A stretch of DNA of 62,291 nucleotides, the filler included, from Chiloscyllium plagiosum (Eukaryota), in the NCBI RefSeq assembly GCF_004010195.1. It is 3 parts of one record of this genome, joined end to end, with 100 filler letters (N's around TTAATTAATTAA, not from the genome) between each part and the next. Parts side by side here need not be neighbours in the genome. Positions count along the whole stretch, not along the records: positions 31,943 to 51,542 come from NC_057713.1; positions 51,643 to 62,291 come from NC_057713.1; 1 more part is not named here. One strand, written 5' to 3'. The notes beneath the pieces are model-generated. The model did no database searches. It was not told the origin of the DNA and saw nothing but the letters and a program-made list of their open reading frames with translations. Shown piece by piece: positions 50,619-62,291 of the stretch (its first letter is position 1; the number at the start of each line of letters is the position of its first letter). Both the position numbers and the translations under genes were made by a program.

Positions 50619-50692
50619 CTTGAATTAGCAATAACATCTGTTAGACCATTTATCAGTGACAGTGTTTCATTTCTCAGTCTTAATTCTCTCAA
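50619..50692 (-). other. Candidate exon of an unidentified transcript (LRELRLRNETLSLINGLTDVIANS)
   Basis: CACTAAC branch-like motif with caacag acceptor, AAG|gtgagg donor, one open frame, phase 0 to 2, 91-nt intron to the next candidate exon. Confidence 0.4.
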
Positions 50693-51397
50693 CTGTTGGT
50701 ACAATGTTAGTGCAATAAAAGGAAACAGGAACTTTCTCAACCGTGTAAGTTACCACAGGCTGCCAGTCATAACGGTCAAAAACCGTGGCGCTGGAAAAGC
50801 GCAGCCCGTCTCACAGCATCAGAGGTGCAGGAGAGTCAACGTTTCCAGCATAAGATCTTCATCAGGAATGTTGAGGGTGGGAAGGGGGAGCCAAGCGATA
50901 AATAGGACAGGGTGGAGAGAAGGTAGATAAGAATGCAATAGGTGGATAAAGGTGGGGGGGTGATGGTGACAGGTGGGAAGGAAGATAGACAGGCAGGACA
51001 GTTCAAGAGGGCGGTGCTGAGTTAGAGGATCTGGGATAAGGTGGGGAGAGGGGAGATAAGGAAACCGGTGAAATTGACACCGATCCCGTTTGGTTGGAGG
51101 GTCCCAAGGCAGAATGAGGTTTTCTTCCTTCAGGTGGCTAGGATTTGGCGATGGTGGAGGGCCAGCACTTGCATGTCCTTAAAAATAGGTTTTACCAAGA
51201 GTTCGCTACCTCTGAATCAGGTTCTAGGTTCAAGTCCCACTTGGTCCAGAAGTGCATAACAGCAGAGATTAGAAAACATATTACAGCTCTAAGCAGAATT
51301 CCTTCCCAAACTAAAATCTTTAGAAGCCAAAATCATGTCTCCCACAACACCACCTTCCAGCCTGACACAGCTACGCAGAACATATCCTTCAGTCGTG

Positions 51398-51542
51398 AAA
51401 CACAGCACCCTCGCTCCGACCCCCAAACACATCCACTTCACAGCACCCTCGCTCAGACCCCCAAACACATCCGCATCACAGCACCCTCGCTCCAACCCCC
51501 AAACAACATCGCCTTACCGCACCCTCGCTCAGACCCCCCAAA
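51398..51542. repeat. C-rich ~37-nt tandem repeat running into the gap
   Basis: Unit cacagcaccctcgctc(c/a)gacccccaaacacatcc, about 4 copies. Confidence 0.85.
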
Positions 51543-51642
51543 NNNNNNNNNNNNNNNNNNNNNNNNNNNNNNNNNNNNNNNNNNNNTTAATTAATTAANN
51601 NNNNNNNNNNNNNNNNNNNNNNNNNNNNNNNNNNNNNNNNNN
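51543..51642. other. Artificial scaffold spacer N44-TTAATTAATTAA-N44
   Basis: Identical to the spacer at 31843-31942. Confidence 0.95.
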
Positions 51643-51677
51643 ACACCCCCGTCACTCTCCACTACCTCGGCCCACCT

Positions 51678-51957
51678 ACCCCCTCTGTCCCCACACCCAA
51701 CCACTCCCTACTCCCACCCAGACCCCCACCCACTCCCTACCCTCAGCCATTACTCCTTACTCCCAACGTATGGGTATGTCCTGTGTACAGTTGGTTAACA
51801 TGTTTGCCTAAGGATCAACCCCCTCTGTCCCCACACCCAACCACTCCCTACTCCCACCCAGACCCCCACCCACTCCCTACCCTCAGCCATTACTCCTTAC
51901 TCCCAACGTATGGGTATGTCCTGTGTACAGTTGGTTAACATGTTTGCCTAAGGATCA
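51678..51957. repeat. Exact 140-bp tandem duplication
   Basis: 51678-51817 is identical to 51818-51957. Confidence 0.92.
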
Positions 51958-52202
51958 GCAACTGGGCTTATTAGGTTATTTGACAGTGAAGCACTTTGAG
52001 TTGTCCTGAGGATATACAATGTGATGAAGTGAGAGCCATCAGTTCACTATTAGATTTCTTTTTAAATAAGCATTTATCGACTTCTGAACATTTGGTAGCA
52101 TCAAAGTGGTACAGCTAAGATTCCTATGCAGAGTAACATTTTCCTGTTTTCTTTTCAGATATTCTTCACTGGGCTAGAAATTACTAGACTGACACCTTAA
52201 CA

Positions 52203-52690
52203 ATGCACAGATACTTCCTTCAGGCCATCATCTGGCACTCAAGGCAAGCTTGCAATGTCCGACCATGTGCCACACTTGTACTTTCAATGACAGGTGGGAA
52301 AATGCCTTTCTTTATCCAACATCGGGGACAACGCCTCCACACATCACGTCCAGTCATTGTCTCTGAACAGAGGCGGCCAAATTTGCAGGAAGATCCACTA
52401 TCCACACACCATGAGGGCCTTGATCATAGCAAAACACAAGAGTCCAAAACTTTTCCAGAAAATGACCCGCAACAAGATGCCTTGACGGACTCAGTTCAGA
52501 AAACGTACTTTTCCTCCACAAAACTGAATCAAGAGGTAGCAAGTGTGGAAACTGATCCTCTGCAGGACCCTTCAATCGGCCTTTTTCAACGATTCAAGAA
52601 GACATTCAAACAGTACGGGAAAGTCATGATTCCAGTACATCTGGTGACGTCAACTATATGGTTTGGTACATTTTATTATGCTGCGATGAA
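52203..52690 (+). CDS. FAM210A: FAM210A first coding exon (exon begins at 52159)
   Basis: cttttcag acceptor; ATG at 52203; basic, presequence-like N-terminus, then SIGLFQRFKKTFKQYGKVMIPVHLVTSTIWFGTFYYAAMK (DUF1279 of FAM210A); AA|gtaagt donor. Confidence 0.95.
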
Positions 52691-53229
52691 GTAAGTGAGT
52701 TGCAAGCTACATTGCTCGATGTGTTGTAAGCTTTCAGATCCTTACATTAGTTCTGATTCTTCTGTGAATTGCCTTTGAATCTGTTTCTTCTGGCTCCTGA
52801 CCTTGCTGCCACTGGAACGTTTTACCTGATCTACACTTATCGAAACCATTCATGATTTTGAAACTATATTTTTAAGGTGAGAGGAGAAAGATTTAAGAAG
52901 GACAAAGGGGCAACTTTTTTACACAGTAGTTTATGTGTGCAGTGGCCTGCCAGAGAAGGTGTTGGATATGGGTACAGTTATAACATTTATAAGATATTCA
53001 GTAATAGAAAAGGTTTGGAGGGATATGGGCCAAGCACAGGGAGGTGGGAATAGTTTAGTTTGGGAACATGTTCGGCATGAGCTGGCTGGACTGAAAGGTC
53101 TGTTTCCGTGCTTTATTACTGACTTTACAGCTTTCTAAGCATTCCAGTAGCCTCCTCTGCGCTCTAGAAAACCCTTGACAAGCTTCCAAAAATATGTTTC
53201 TCGAAATTGGATGCATTACTGCTGCTGAG

Positions 53230-53665
53230 TGTCAGCTGTGACTCAATTAATATATCTCTTGTCCCTGAACCACAGATTCCTAGTTTGAGGATATGAACAT
53301 AAAAAATCAAGGTTGACACTTCAGTGCAATACTGAGGGAACACTGCACTGTCAGCAGTGCCATATTTCTAAAGCTGCCCCTATCAGCCTGTTCCTTTAAA
53401 GATGTGAAAGATCCTCCCATTGTACTATTTCACAGAGGAGCAGGGGCGTTATCCCTGGTCTCTTGGCCAATACTTGTCACTCAATAAGCATCACAAAAGA
53501 CCAGAGTATCTGGCCATGGTCATATTTCCTGTCTGTGGGAAATTAGCTACCACACTTCCTTCATTACAAGTGATTACATTTTAGAAAAAGATTCATGGGC
53601 TAGAAAGTACTTTAAGGGACATCAGTGGTTATGAAAAGCACTGTATAAATGCACGTTGGTTTTTC
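53230..53665 (+). mobile_element. DeuSINE (SacSINE1-like)
   Basis: CAGTGCAATACTGAGGGAACACTGCACTGTC, GATGTGAAAGATCC and GAGCAGGGG..CCCTGGTCTCTTGGCCAATA are characteristic of the Deu domain. Confidence 0.7.
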
Positions 53666-53964
53666 TTTGAAACTGAGGTCTGACCAATGATAGGAAAGTT
53701 CCAGAGCAAGTTTTGTACTTCCATGTCTTTGTTTATAAAACCAAAAAACCTTTTTGTTTGATAGCCATCTCAACTTGTCCTGTCTGTCTGAAATATTTAT
53801 GTACGTGCACATGGATGCCATTCTATTCCTGCACCTTCTTCAAAATTGTACCACTGAATTTACATTACATGTTACACTACCCTCATTCTGAGGCAAAGCC
53901 ATTTAACATTGAAATGAGGAATTCCTTCACTGAATAAATCTTGGGGATAGTGCAGGAAAATGGG

Positions 53965-54490
53965 ATGAGATTAGATTCCCTACAGTGTTGAAACAGGCCC
54001 TTAGACCCAACAAGTCCACACTGACCCTCTGAACGTAACCCACTCAGACCCATTTCCCAACTTTTACCCCTGACTAATGCACCTGGCATTATGGGGCAGT
54101 TTAGCATGGCCAATCCACCTAATCTGCACATCTTTTGACTGCGGGATGAAACTAGAGCACCCGGAGGAAACCCACACAGACATGGGGAGAATGTGCAAAC
54201 TCCATACAGACATGATTTGGAGACCGGTGTTGGACTGGGGTGTACAAAGTTAAAAATCACACAACACCAGATTGTAGTCCAACTGGTTTAATTGGAAGCA
54301 CTAGCTTACTGAGCGCTGCTCCTTCATCAGCAGTCCAAAAGCTAGTGCTTCCAGTTAAACCTGTTGGACTATAACCTGGTGTTGTGTGATCTTTAACTCC
54401 ATACAGATAGTCGCCAGAGGCTGGAATCGAACCCAGGTCCCTGGCGCTGTGAAGCAGCAGTGCTAACTGCTGAGCCACTGTGCCACCCAA
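53965..54490 (-). mobile_element. HE1 SINE with an inserted Penelope-derived inverted-repeat element (54212-54398)
   Basis: SINE halves flank the palindromic unit; ctccatacaga is repeated at the junctions. Confidence 0.8.
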
Positions 54491-56039
54491 GGTTGAGGTA
54501 GATCAGCAATGAGTCGAGAGTGTGGTACTGGAAAAGCACAGCAGGTTAGGCAGCATCTGAGGAGGAGGAGAGTCGTTGTTTCAGGCATGAGCCCTACTTT
54601 CTCCTAATAGATCAGCCATGATCTAGTTAAATGCCTGGGTAGCTTTGAGAGGCCAAAATGACATGCTCATATTTCATTTTCATATGTTCTGTTGGTAAAT
54701 CCTGATCTTCATTGTTCATGCAGAGTTATTTCATTCTTGTATTTGTGTGTGTAGGGGAAACTGAACTGAGATCACCTCTCTTGTAATATCAGTTGCTATG
54801 CACCTCACTGCTCCTGTCACTGTCTGTCTCCCAAGAGCCTTTTATGCTTTTGCCTAGATCCTCTTTTTACATTGAAGAAGAGTACTTACATGTCAGAGTA
54901 ACAGATGGCAGTGGCAAGCTGTGAATGTACAGTTCCTCTCAGCTTCTGGCATGTGCACAAGCAGGAAATTTATCGTGTGGAGAAACCTGTAACTTAACTG
55001 GTGGAATATAGTTTGAACTTACTGACCAGGGATCAAATTAGTATTGGGAATCCAGCCCACTTGTATTACACTGGCAGTTTGTATAGTAGGGAGAAGAGCC
55101 AATTTCTGCTTTACATAAAGGGAGACAAGTTGTAAACTTTTTCCCAGAAATTTTTGTCTGCCTGGACAAACCAACTACCTCCAGTTAGTTCAGTTTTATA
55201 TTGGGCTTTAAAAAAGCTGTTTTATTTTAAAACTGAATATTTGAAGTATTTAGAACTGATTGGTATAAGGCTAAATAATGAAATAACACCTCTAATGACA
55301 ATTGTCTATCCATTAGCAGCTTGTGATAGGAAGTTTATTTTGTGAATACATTTAAAGAGCAGTTATTCAAAACAGAAGCTGCAAATTCGCTAGAAACTGC
55401 TGGAGTTTCCACTACGACTTTGTGATGAAGCTTGAAGTAAATTTCGGAGTAATTGTCAGAGCATTGTCTCCAATTCGTTTGAAATGTTTTAGATATAAAA
55501 ATATTAAACTCAAATATTCCACCAATGAAACACATCCCCAGGTACCAAACCCTGCCTTGGTATGTGTTGTCCGTCAAGAAATTTTGCAAATTGTAATTGC
55601 TTAGTCAAAAGACTATGTTTCGAATATGTCTTTTCATCTTCCAGAAGAAATAAAGGGTGTTTCAGATTTTAATCTCGGTTTAGCTTAAATCCTTACTTTT
55701 GACTATGAAATAAGTTTTTAGATAAAACAGGATAAAAATGCTTACAAAAGAATTCAGAATGGTTTAATGAGTTATTTAATTATAGACATGCTAGGAGAGA
55801 AACTGTTTCTGACTCCACTGAAGTCTCCTTCAAATGGCCCTATTAGTTTTTCCTGAATTATCCTGAAAATCATGTTCGTGATTTTATTACATCTTTCGTA
55901 AACCATCACAGTAAAAGCAATTTTCCGTCAAAGCTCACAGGGAGGTCCTTGTTCTTGTGCATATACTGGATAAGGTTGCCGCCAAGAGGACTGTCTGACT
56001 TAGATTTTAAAAGTATCTCCCTCGAATACCATTAATATT

Positions 56040-57960
56040 GGTGTTGCACAGGGATATGAACTGTTCACCATTTATATCATTTACTTAAAGGAAGGGACAG
56101 AAGGGTTGCCAAATTTGATGATGATGCAAAGATAGGTAGAAAAGTGAAGTTGTACAATACGGAAACAGACCCTTCAGCCCAACTCATCCATGCTGACCAG
56201 GTATCCTAAACTGAACTAATTGCATTTGACTATATTTGCCTGTATCCCTCTAAACCTTTCCCGTTCATGTATCCACCCAAATGTTTTTAAATGTTGTAAT
56301 TATATCTGCCTCTATGGCTTCCTCTGGCAGTTTGTTCCATACATGCCCCATTCTCTGTGTGAAAAAATTTCCCCTTTGGTCCCTTTTTTTAATCTTTGGG
56401 AAAAGGACCTTAGCTATTCACCTTATCTATGTCAATCACCTTACCCTTCATGATTTTACAAATCTGTAAGGTTACTCCTCAGCCTCTGACACTCTAGAGG
56501 GAAAAAGTCCCAACCTATCCAGCTTCTTATATCTTGAACCCTCCAGTCCCAGAAACTTCCTTGTAAATGTTTTCTGCACCCTTTCCTGTTTAACAACATA
56601 CTTCCCATAACAGGCTGACCAAAATTGCACAGAATATTCTAAAAGTGGCCTTACTAAAGTCTTGTATGGCCGTAATATGATGTCCCAACTCCAGTACTCA
56701 ACACTCTGAAGGCAAGGGTGCCTTCTTCACTACCCTGTCTACCTGCAACAATACTTTCAAGGAACTTTGTACCTGCACCCAAAGGTCTCCACTCAACAAC
56801 ACTCCCCAGGGTCCTACTGTTAACAGTAAGTCCTGCCCTAGTTTGTCTTAGCAAAATGCAATGTTTTGCATTTATCTAAATTCAGCTTTGTAAAGGACAC
56901 AGGTTAAGTAAATGGGCGAGAAGTGGTAAATGTAGGAAAATGTGAAATTGTCTATTTTGACAGAATAAAAAAGAAACATTAGTAGTGAGAAATTACAGAG
57001 CTCTGATATGCAGAGGGATCTGGATGACCTCCTGCATGGACCTCAAAAGATTAGTATGCAGGGACTTTAGGAACGTGAGGGGAATTGATCACAAAAGTAG
57101 GGAGGCTATGCTTTAGGTTATGTAGAACACGAGTGGGAGTGCATGTGGGTACTGTACACAGTGTCATTGGCCTTATTTAAGAAAGGATGTAATTGGATTG
57201 TAGGCAGTTCAAAGAAGGTTTATCAGACTAATATTGGGATTGGGCGATTGCTTTTAATTTCATGGGGAAAGATTGGACAAACTAGATTTATATCTCTTTG
57301 AGTTTAGATAGTAAGATGTAATTTGAATGAAACATACAAGATGCTGAGGAGCCTTGACTGTGGATGTGGAGATGATGTTGCCTTTTGGGAGAATCTAGAA
57401 CTCTGAGTCCCTTAAAAGTCAGAGGTTGCCCATTCAAAATACAGAGAAGGCAAAACATTTTCTGACTGTTGAGAGTCTTTGGAACTTTATTGCTGAAAAA
57501 TGGGTAGAAGCAATTTTGAACATTTTTAAGGCAGCAATGGACTAGGGGGTGCATTTTTAAGGTGAGAGGAGGGAAGCAAATCTTTTCGAGAGTGGTTTGC
57601 ATGGCGTGAACTTCCTGAGGAAGTGGTGGATATGGGTACAATTATGAAGTTTAAAAGACATTTTCTTAGATACATGAACAGGAAAGGTTTGGACCAGGTA
57701 CAGGCAGGTGGGACTAGTTTAGTTTGGGCCAGGTACAGGCAGGTGGGGCTAGTTTAGTTTGGGATTATGTTTGGCATGAACTGGTTGGACTGAAGAGTCT
57801 AACTGTACTGTATGACTTTATGATAGATTCTTGTTAAGCGGGTGGGTAAAAGGTTATCAGGTGTGGGCATAAAAGTGAATTTGAGGCTAAAGTCAGATCA
57901 GGCATGATCTGATTGAATGATGACGTAGGCTTGAAAAGCTAAATGGCTTACTCCTGCTCC
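56040..57960. mobile_element. Nested degenerate CR1 fragments (minus 56150-56885 inside a plus-strand copy)
   Basis: RT and 3'UTR remnants in both orientations. Confidence 0.65.
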
Positions 57961-58098
57961 AAATTTATGTTTGTAAATTGTTTTAAAAAAGGTTATAGCA
58001 AGTGTGTTCAGTATTATGTACTGCCACGATTTTCTTGCTGTTATCTTTTTTCAAATAAACGCTGAAATGATGTTAAAACCTTCTGTTTTTATTTCCAG

Positions 58099-58210
58099 GG
58101 GTATTAATGTAATCCCATTTTTTGAGTACGTAGGAGCACCCAAGGGTATAATAAATATTTTGAGTAATTCTCAGGGTGGAAATGCACTGACTGCTTATGC
58201 ATTGTACAAG
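58099..58210 (+). CDS. FAM210A: FAM210A second coding exon
   Basis: atttccag|G GGT ATT AAT...TAC AAG|gtgagt = GINVIPFFEYVGAPKGIINILSNSQGGNALTAYALYK. Phase matches the previous exon. The last exon lies beyond the window. Confidence 0.95.
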
Positions 58211-59559
58211 GTGAGTAAAGTGTTAAATTGTACCCGTCTTTGCATTGCATAACTTAATCTGTGTTTAAGAATTTATTTTCAATCAGTAATGTTTAGATGT
58301 TATCCTGTATGAATGGGAAGAATCTTTAATCTTTCAAGTGACTAAGCCAATGAATGTCAATTTAAATTTAATACTGAACAATCCAGTTAGGCATTGTGAG
58401 AGAATAAATAAGAAACAGATATATAAAGATGGTGATCCACAGATTGGGTTTGAGGGGCTGAATGGCCTGCTCCTGTCTTATATGGCACAATTCACAGGTG
58501 TGGAAAAGCCATAACCAGATCATGGGTATATGGGGCCTAGTGAATTGTTTTTTGACATCTAACACACTGTCATGTGTCAGCTCCCTGCATTATGAGATGT
58601 TGAAGCCTATTTGATGTATGTAAGCCATGTGGAAAGTCTGCTTAGTCCAGCCATTGAACTCAGTAAGGTCCTGTGAAATGCACATGGCACTCACAGGCCT
58701 TGTAGTCTGTTCCAAATGTTTGGCATTCATATCATACCAACAGCTTTTCCCTCCAGTAAAAGCTTTGCTATTGCGTATATTGCTGTTCTGATGATCTGTT
58801 TGCCCGTTACTGATTCACTGCCTCCCAGGCAAGTCAGCTGTTGTGAGAGAAAGGAAGCCAGATGTTATCGTTAGAATCTTGAGCACCTTTTTGGAGCTGT
58901 ATTTGATCTGTTCCCATTTTCTTGCCAGGGACAATGTTTCTGACAATGACCTTTCATTATGATCGTGCTACTTTAAAGGTTATGAATATCTGAGTGGGCA
59001 TTCCCTTTTTGGAAGGCTCTAGAGGACAGATATAAAGTCAATTGACCAGATCTTCTGAGCAATGGCAGTCGCTCCCAGATTGATATTGTGCTTCACTTTT
59101 TATGTAACGAAAGAGCTCTGCATTCCTGACAGGAGATTCGATCCGGGCTCTCTCAGAAACATTGAGCTGTACTTTCACTCTGTCAGGTCCCTCAGAACGC
59201 AAAGCAGTCAAGTTGAGGCAAACCATGCCCTTTGTCTCACAGCAATCAGTTACCATATTTTATGATTTTAAACATGGAGCATCACAAGGCACTTGAACAT
59301 CTCCTGTGAGAAGCTAAGTATGTAACGTAAGTGTGAGGATCAGGTGCCAGGGCTCAAGGTGGCAAACGAGCTAGGTAAGTGTTTAGGCTTGGTCAAGGTG
59401 GGGGAGAGGGATAACAGATCGATGTTAATGATTGATGGTTAACTGCCAGGCTTTCCCATCTATTGTGTTCAGTTGAAGTCGGTGCAGATCGTGTCTTTTG
59501 CCTGCAGGTCACAGAGCCGTACATAATAGCTTGTCTAGCTTCCAATACACTGGCTCCTC

Positions 59560-60930
59560 ATGAGGACTGGTTAGCAAGGTTAGATCTCATGGAATATAGG
59601 GAGAACTAGCCATTTGGATACAGAACTGGCTTTGAGGTAGAAGACAGAGGGTGGTGGTGGTGGAGGGTTGCTTTTCAGACTGGAGGCCTGTGACCAGCAG
59701 TGTTCCACAAGGTTTGGTGCTGGGTCCACTGCTTTTCGCCATTTATATAAATGATTTGGATGTGAACTTAGGAGGTATAGTTAGTAAGTTTGCAGATGAC
59801 ACCAAAATTGGAGGTGTAGTGGACAGCGAAGAGGGTTACCTCAGATTACAACAGGATCTTGATCAGATGGGCCAGTGGGCTGATAAGTGGCAGATGGAGT
59901 TTAATTTAGATAAATGTGTGGCGCTGCATTTTGGAAAGGCAAATCTTAGCAGAATTAATGGTAAGGTCCTGGGGAGTGTTGTTAAACTCATAGTTCCTTG
60001 AAAGTGGAGTCACAGTTAGGTAGGATAATGAAGAGGGCATTTGGTATGCTTTCTTTATTGGACAGAGCATTGAGTACAGGAGTTGGGAGATCACGCTGTG
60101 GCTGTACAGGACATTAGTTAGGCCACTGTTGGAATATTGCGTGCAATTCTGTCTCCCTCCCATTGGAAGGATGTTGTGAAACCTGACAGGGTTCAGAAAA
60201 GATTTACAAAGATATAAATTATCTTTACTCAGAGAGTGGTAAGGGCCTGCCCTGCCAATTCTTTACTCAGAGAGTGGTAAGGGCCTGCCCTGCCAATGTA
60301 GTTAACTCAGCCACATTAAGGAGATTTAAACAATCTTTGGATAAGCACATGGATGATGATGACATAGTGTAGGGGGATGAGCTTAGATGAGTTCACTGGT
60401 CGGCGCAACATCGAGGGCCGAAGGACCTGTTCTGCGCTTTAGTGTTCTATGTTCTACGTTCTATGATGTTGCCAGCGTTGGAGGATTTGAGCTATTGGGA
60501 GAGGCTGAGTAGGTTGAGGCTGTTTTCTCTGGAACATCGGAGGCTGAGGGGTGACCTTTATAGAGGTTTATAAAATCATGAGGGGCATGGATAGGAATAA
60601 ATAGACAAGGTCTTTTCCCTCGGTGGATGGGTCCAGAACTGGAAGGCATAGGTTGAGGGTGAGGCGGGAAAAATTTAAAAGGGATCTAAGGGGCAACGTT
60701 TTCACACAAAGGGTGATGCATGTATGGAATGAGCTGCCAGAGAAAGTGGTGGAGGGTGGTACAATTACAACATTTAAAAGGCATCTGGATGGGTATATGA
60801 ATAGGAAGGGTTTGCAGAGATATGGGCCAAGTGCTGGCAAATGGGACTAGATTAGGTTAGGATAGCTGGTCAACATAGATGAGTTGGACCGAAGAGCCTT
60901 GTTTCATGCTGTACATCTCTATGGCTCTGT
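59560..60930 (+). mobile_element. CR1 LINE 3' half with a second CR1 tail nested at ~60215-60465
   Basis: VPQGLVLGP, SKFADDTK and WQMEFN; the nested fragment ends in (TTCTATG)n. Confidence 0.9.
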
Positions 60931-61044
60931 GACTTAATTGTGCTACACTGTGAGCCTGACTGAAACTTCTAAGTTGCTTTATCAGTGTAGTCCTTAATAT
61001 CCAATATTAGATGTTAATATTCGCACATCCATTCTCAATGCAAT

Positions 61045-62291
61045 CTTTGGCAAATCCAAGATGGAGGACGGGAAAAATTTCTGGCTGTAAGAGCTGCTCC
61101 TTTTTTTTTTTTGAGGTATTTTAGGTGCTGGAGGTGATTTCCTCGAATTCCGGGAGCAGCAATTACTGTTTTATATGCTGTTGCATTGTTTTGGAACTTT
61201 GGAAAAAAAAGTCAAAACAGCAGCAGTTTTAAAAGGGAGAAGAGCAGTCAAAGAAGCACATGGTGAGGACAGTGCAGGAGAGCAAGAGAGAGAGAACCTG
61301 CACAGTTATTGCCTTTGCTGATTTTGAATTCATGTGTCGCTGGACATAGGAGTGCATCTGGGAAAATTAACAAACAGTGAATTTCACAACTAATCTTGGA
61401 GGAACCAACTTGGGCAAAGTCCACAGAATCAGATAATTAATTGTTGTTTTAAGTCTGTCCAAGAGAAAGGCTGTATTAGTGAGGACAGTGGGTTATATGG
61501 GTTTGGAGATAATTCTGTTGATCAAACTTAAAATATAAGCCATAACTATTAATTTAACCTGAGGCAGTGTTTGTAGAGGAATAAGACGGTGTTATTTTCT
61601 GGGTCTGTAGGTTGTGAAGGAGCAAAAATGGCCTTTAAAATGATATGTACTTCTTGTCAGATGTGGGACTTTAAAGAGAGTTGAAGGGTTACTGCAGATT
61701 ATATTGCAATAAATGCTGTTGGATGCGAATCTTATCAGATCGAGTGGATCGGTTGGAGAGACAGATTGCTTCTATGAGCAATTTGCAACAGCAACAGTAT
61801 GTGATGGATGGCAGTTATAGGGGGGGGGGGGTGGGAGAGAGAGTCCAGGAAGGGTAAGAGAGGTCAGCTCCTAGGGCAGGAGTTTTTTTTGTGGATATAT
61901 CCATTTCAAACAGGTATGCTGTTTTGGAAAATGTAGTGGGTGATGGATTCTCGTGGGAACAAAGCACGAACACCCAAGATTCTGGTATTGAGACTGGCTC
62001 TAATGCAACGAGGGGTACGTCGGCTTCCAAGAGATCAATTGTGTTAGGGGATTCTGTAGTCCGAGATACAGACAGGCGTTTCTGTGGCCAGCAGAGAAAA
62101 AGCAGAATGGTGTGTTGTTTCCCTGGTGCCAGGATCAAGATGTTCTCACAGGGGAGAGGGGCCAGCAAGAGGTCATTGTCCACATTGGAACCAACGATAT
62201 AGGAAGGGAAAAGGTTGAGATTCTGAAGGGAGATTGCAGAGAGTTAGGCAGGAATTTAAAAAGGAGGTCCTCAAGGGTAGTAATATCTGGA
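61045..62291 (+). mobile_element. CR1 LINE 5' end (5'UTR and degenerate ORF1 with Cys cluster and SGNH esterase)
   Basis: CAAGATGG start; CTSCQMW..CNKC; ISNRYAVL; SIVLGDSVVR; VCCFPGA; HIGTND. Confidence 0.85.

Noticed and set aside
55160..56000. Repeat-poor intronic block as a conserved element or hidden exon
   Set aside because: No recognisable ORF, RNA motif or splice pair; conservation cannot be judged without alignments.
60220..60297. 38-bp tandem duplication (similar one at ~57695-57763)
   Set aside because: Ordinary local duplications inside decayed CR1 copies.

Overview
Repeat-dense vertebrate genomic DNA. The repeat set (HE1-type tRNA SINEs with (AATCT)n tails, many CR1/HER1-type LINEs, DeuSINEs, Penelope-derived elements) points to a cartilaginous fish, probably a shark (inference). 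Host genes: RNMT (mRNA cap guanine-N7 methyltransferase) on the minus strand, with its last three coding exons at 8.8, 15.0 and 26.4 kb and a probable first coding exon in a CpG island at 32.1 kb. Its middle exons are not visible and probably lie in assembly gaps. FAM210A lies on the plus strand, with coding exons at 52.2 and 58.1 kb. Between the two genes is a ~19.6 kb contig bounded by artificial N44-TTAATTAATTAA-N44 spacers. It carries an orphan pseudogenised LGI terminal exon, a frameshifted copy of an internal RNMT exon upstream of the RNMT start, and a chain of unidentified phase-compatible minus-strand exons. This is the most unusual part of the window, but it may partly reflect assembly. 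Mobile elements include a 5'-complete L1 (intact ORF1, dead ORF2), a Gmr1-type Gypsy element (SCAN-like gag, integrase before RT) nested in a CR1, a solo LTR next to the RNMT promoter, Tigger-like MITEs, and Penelope remnants with decayed hammerhead motifs. No new functional system can be established from sequence alone. Gene and family assignments come from recalled protein and repeat motifs, not from database searches.
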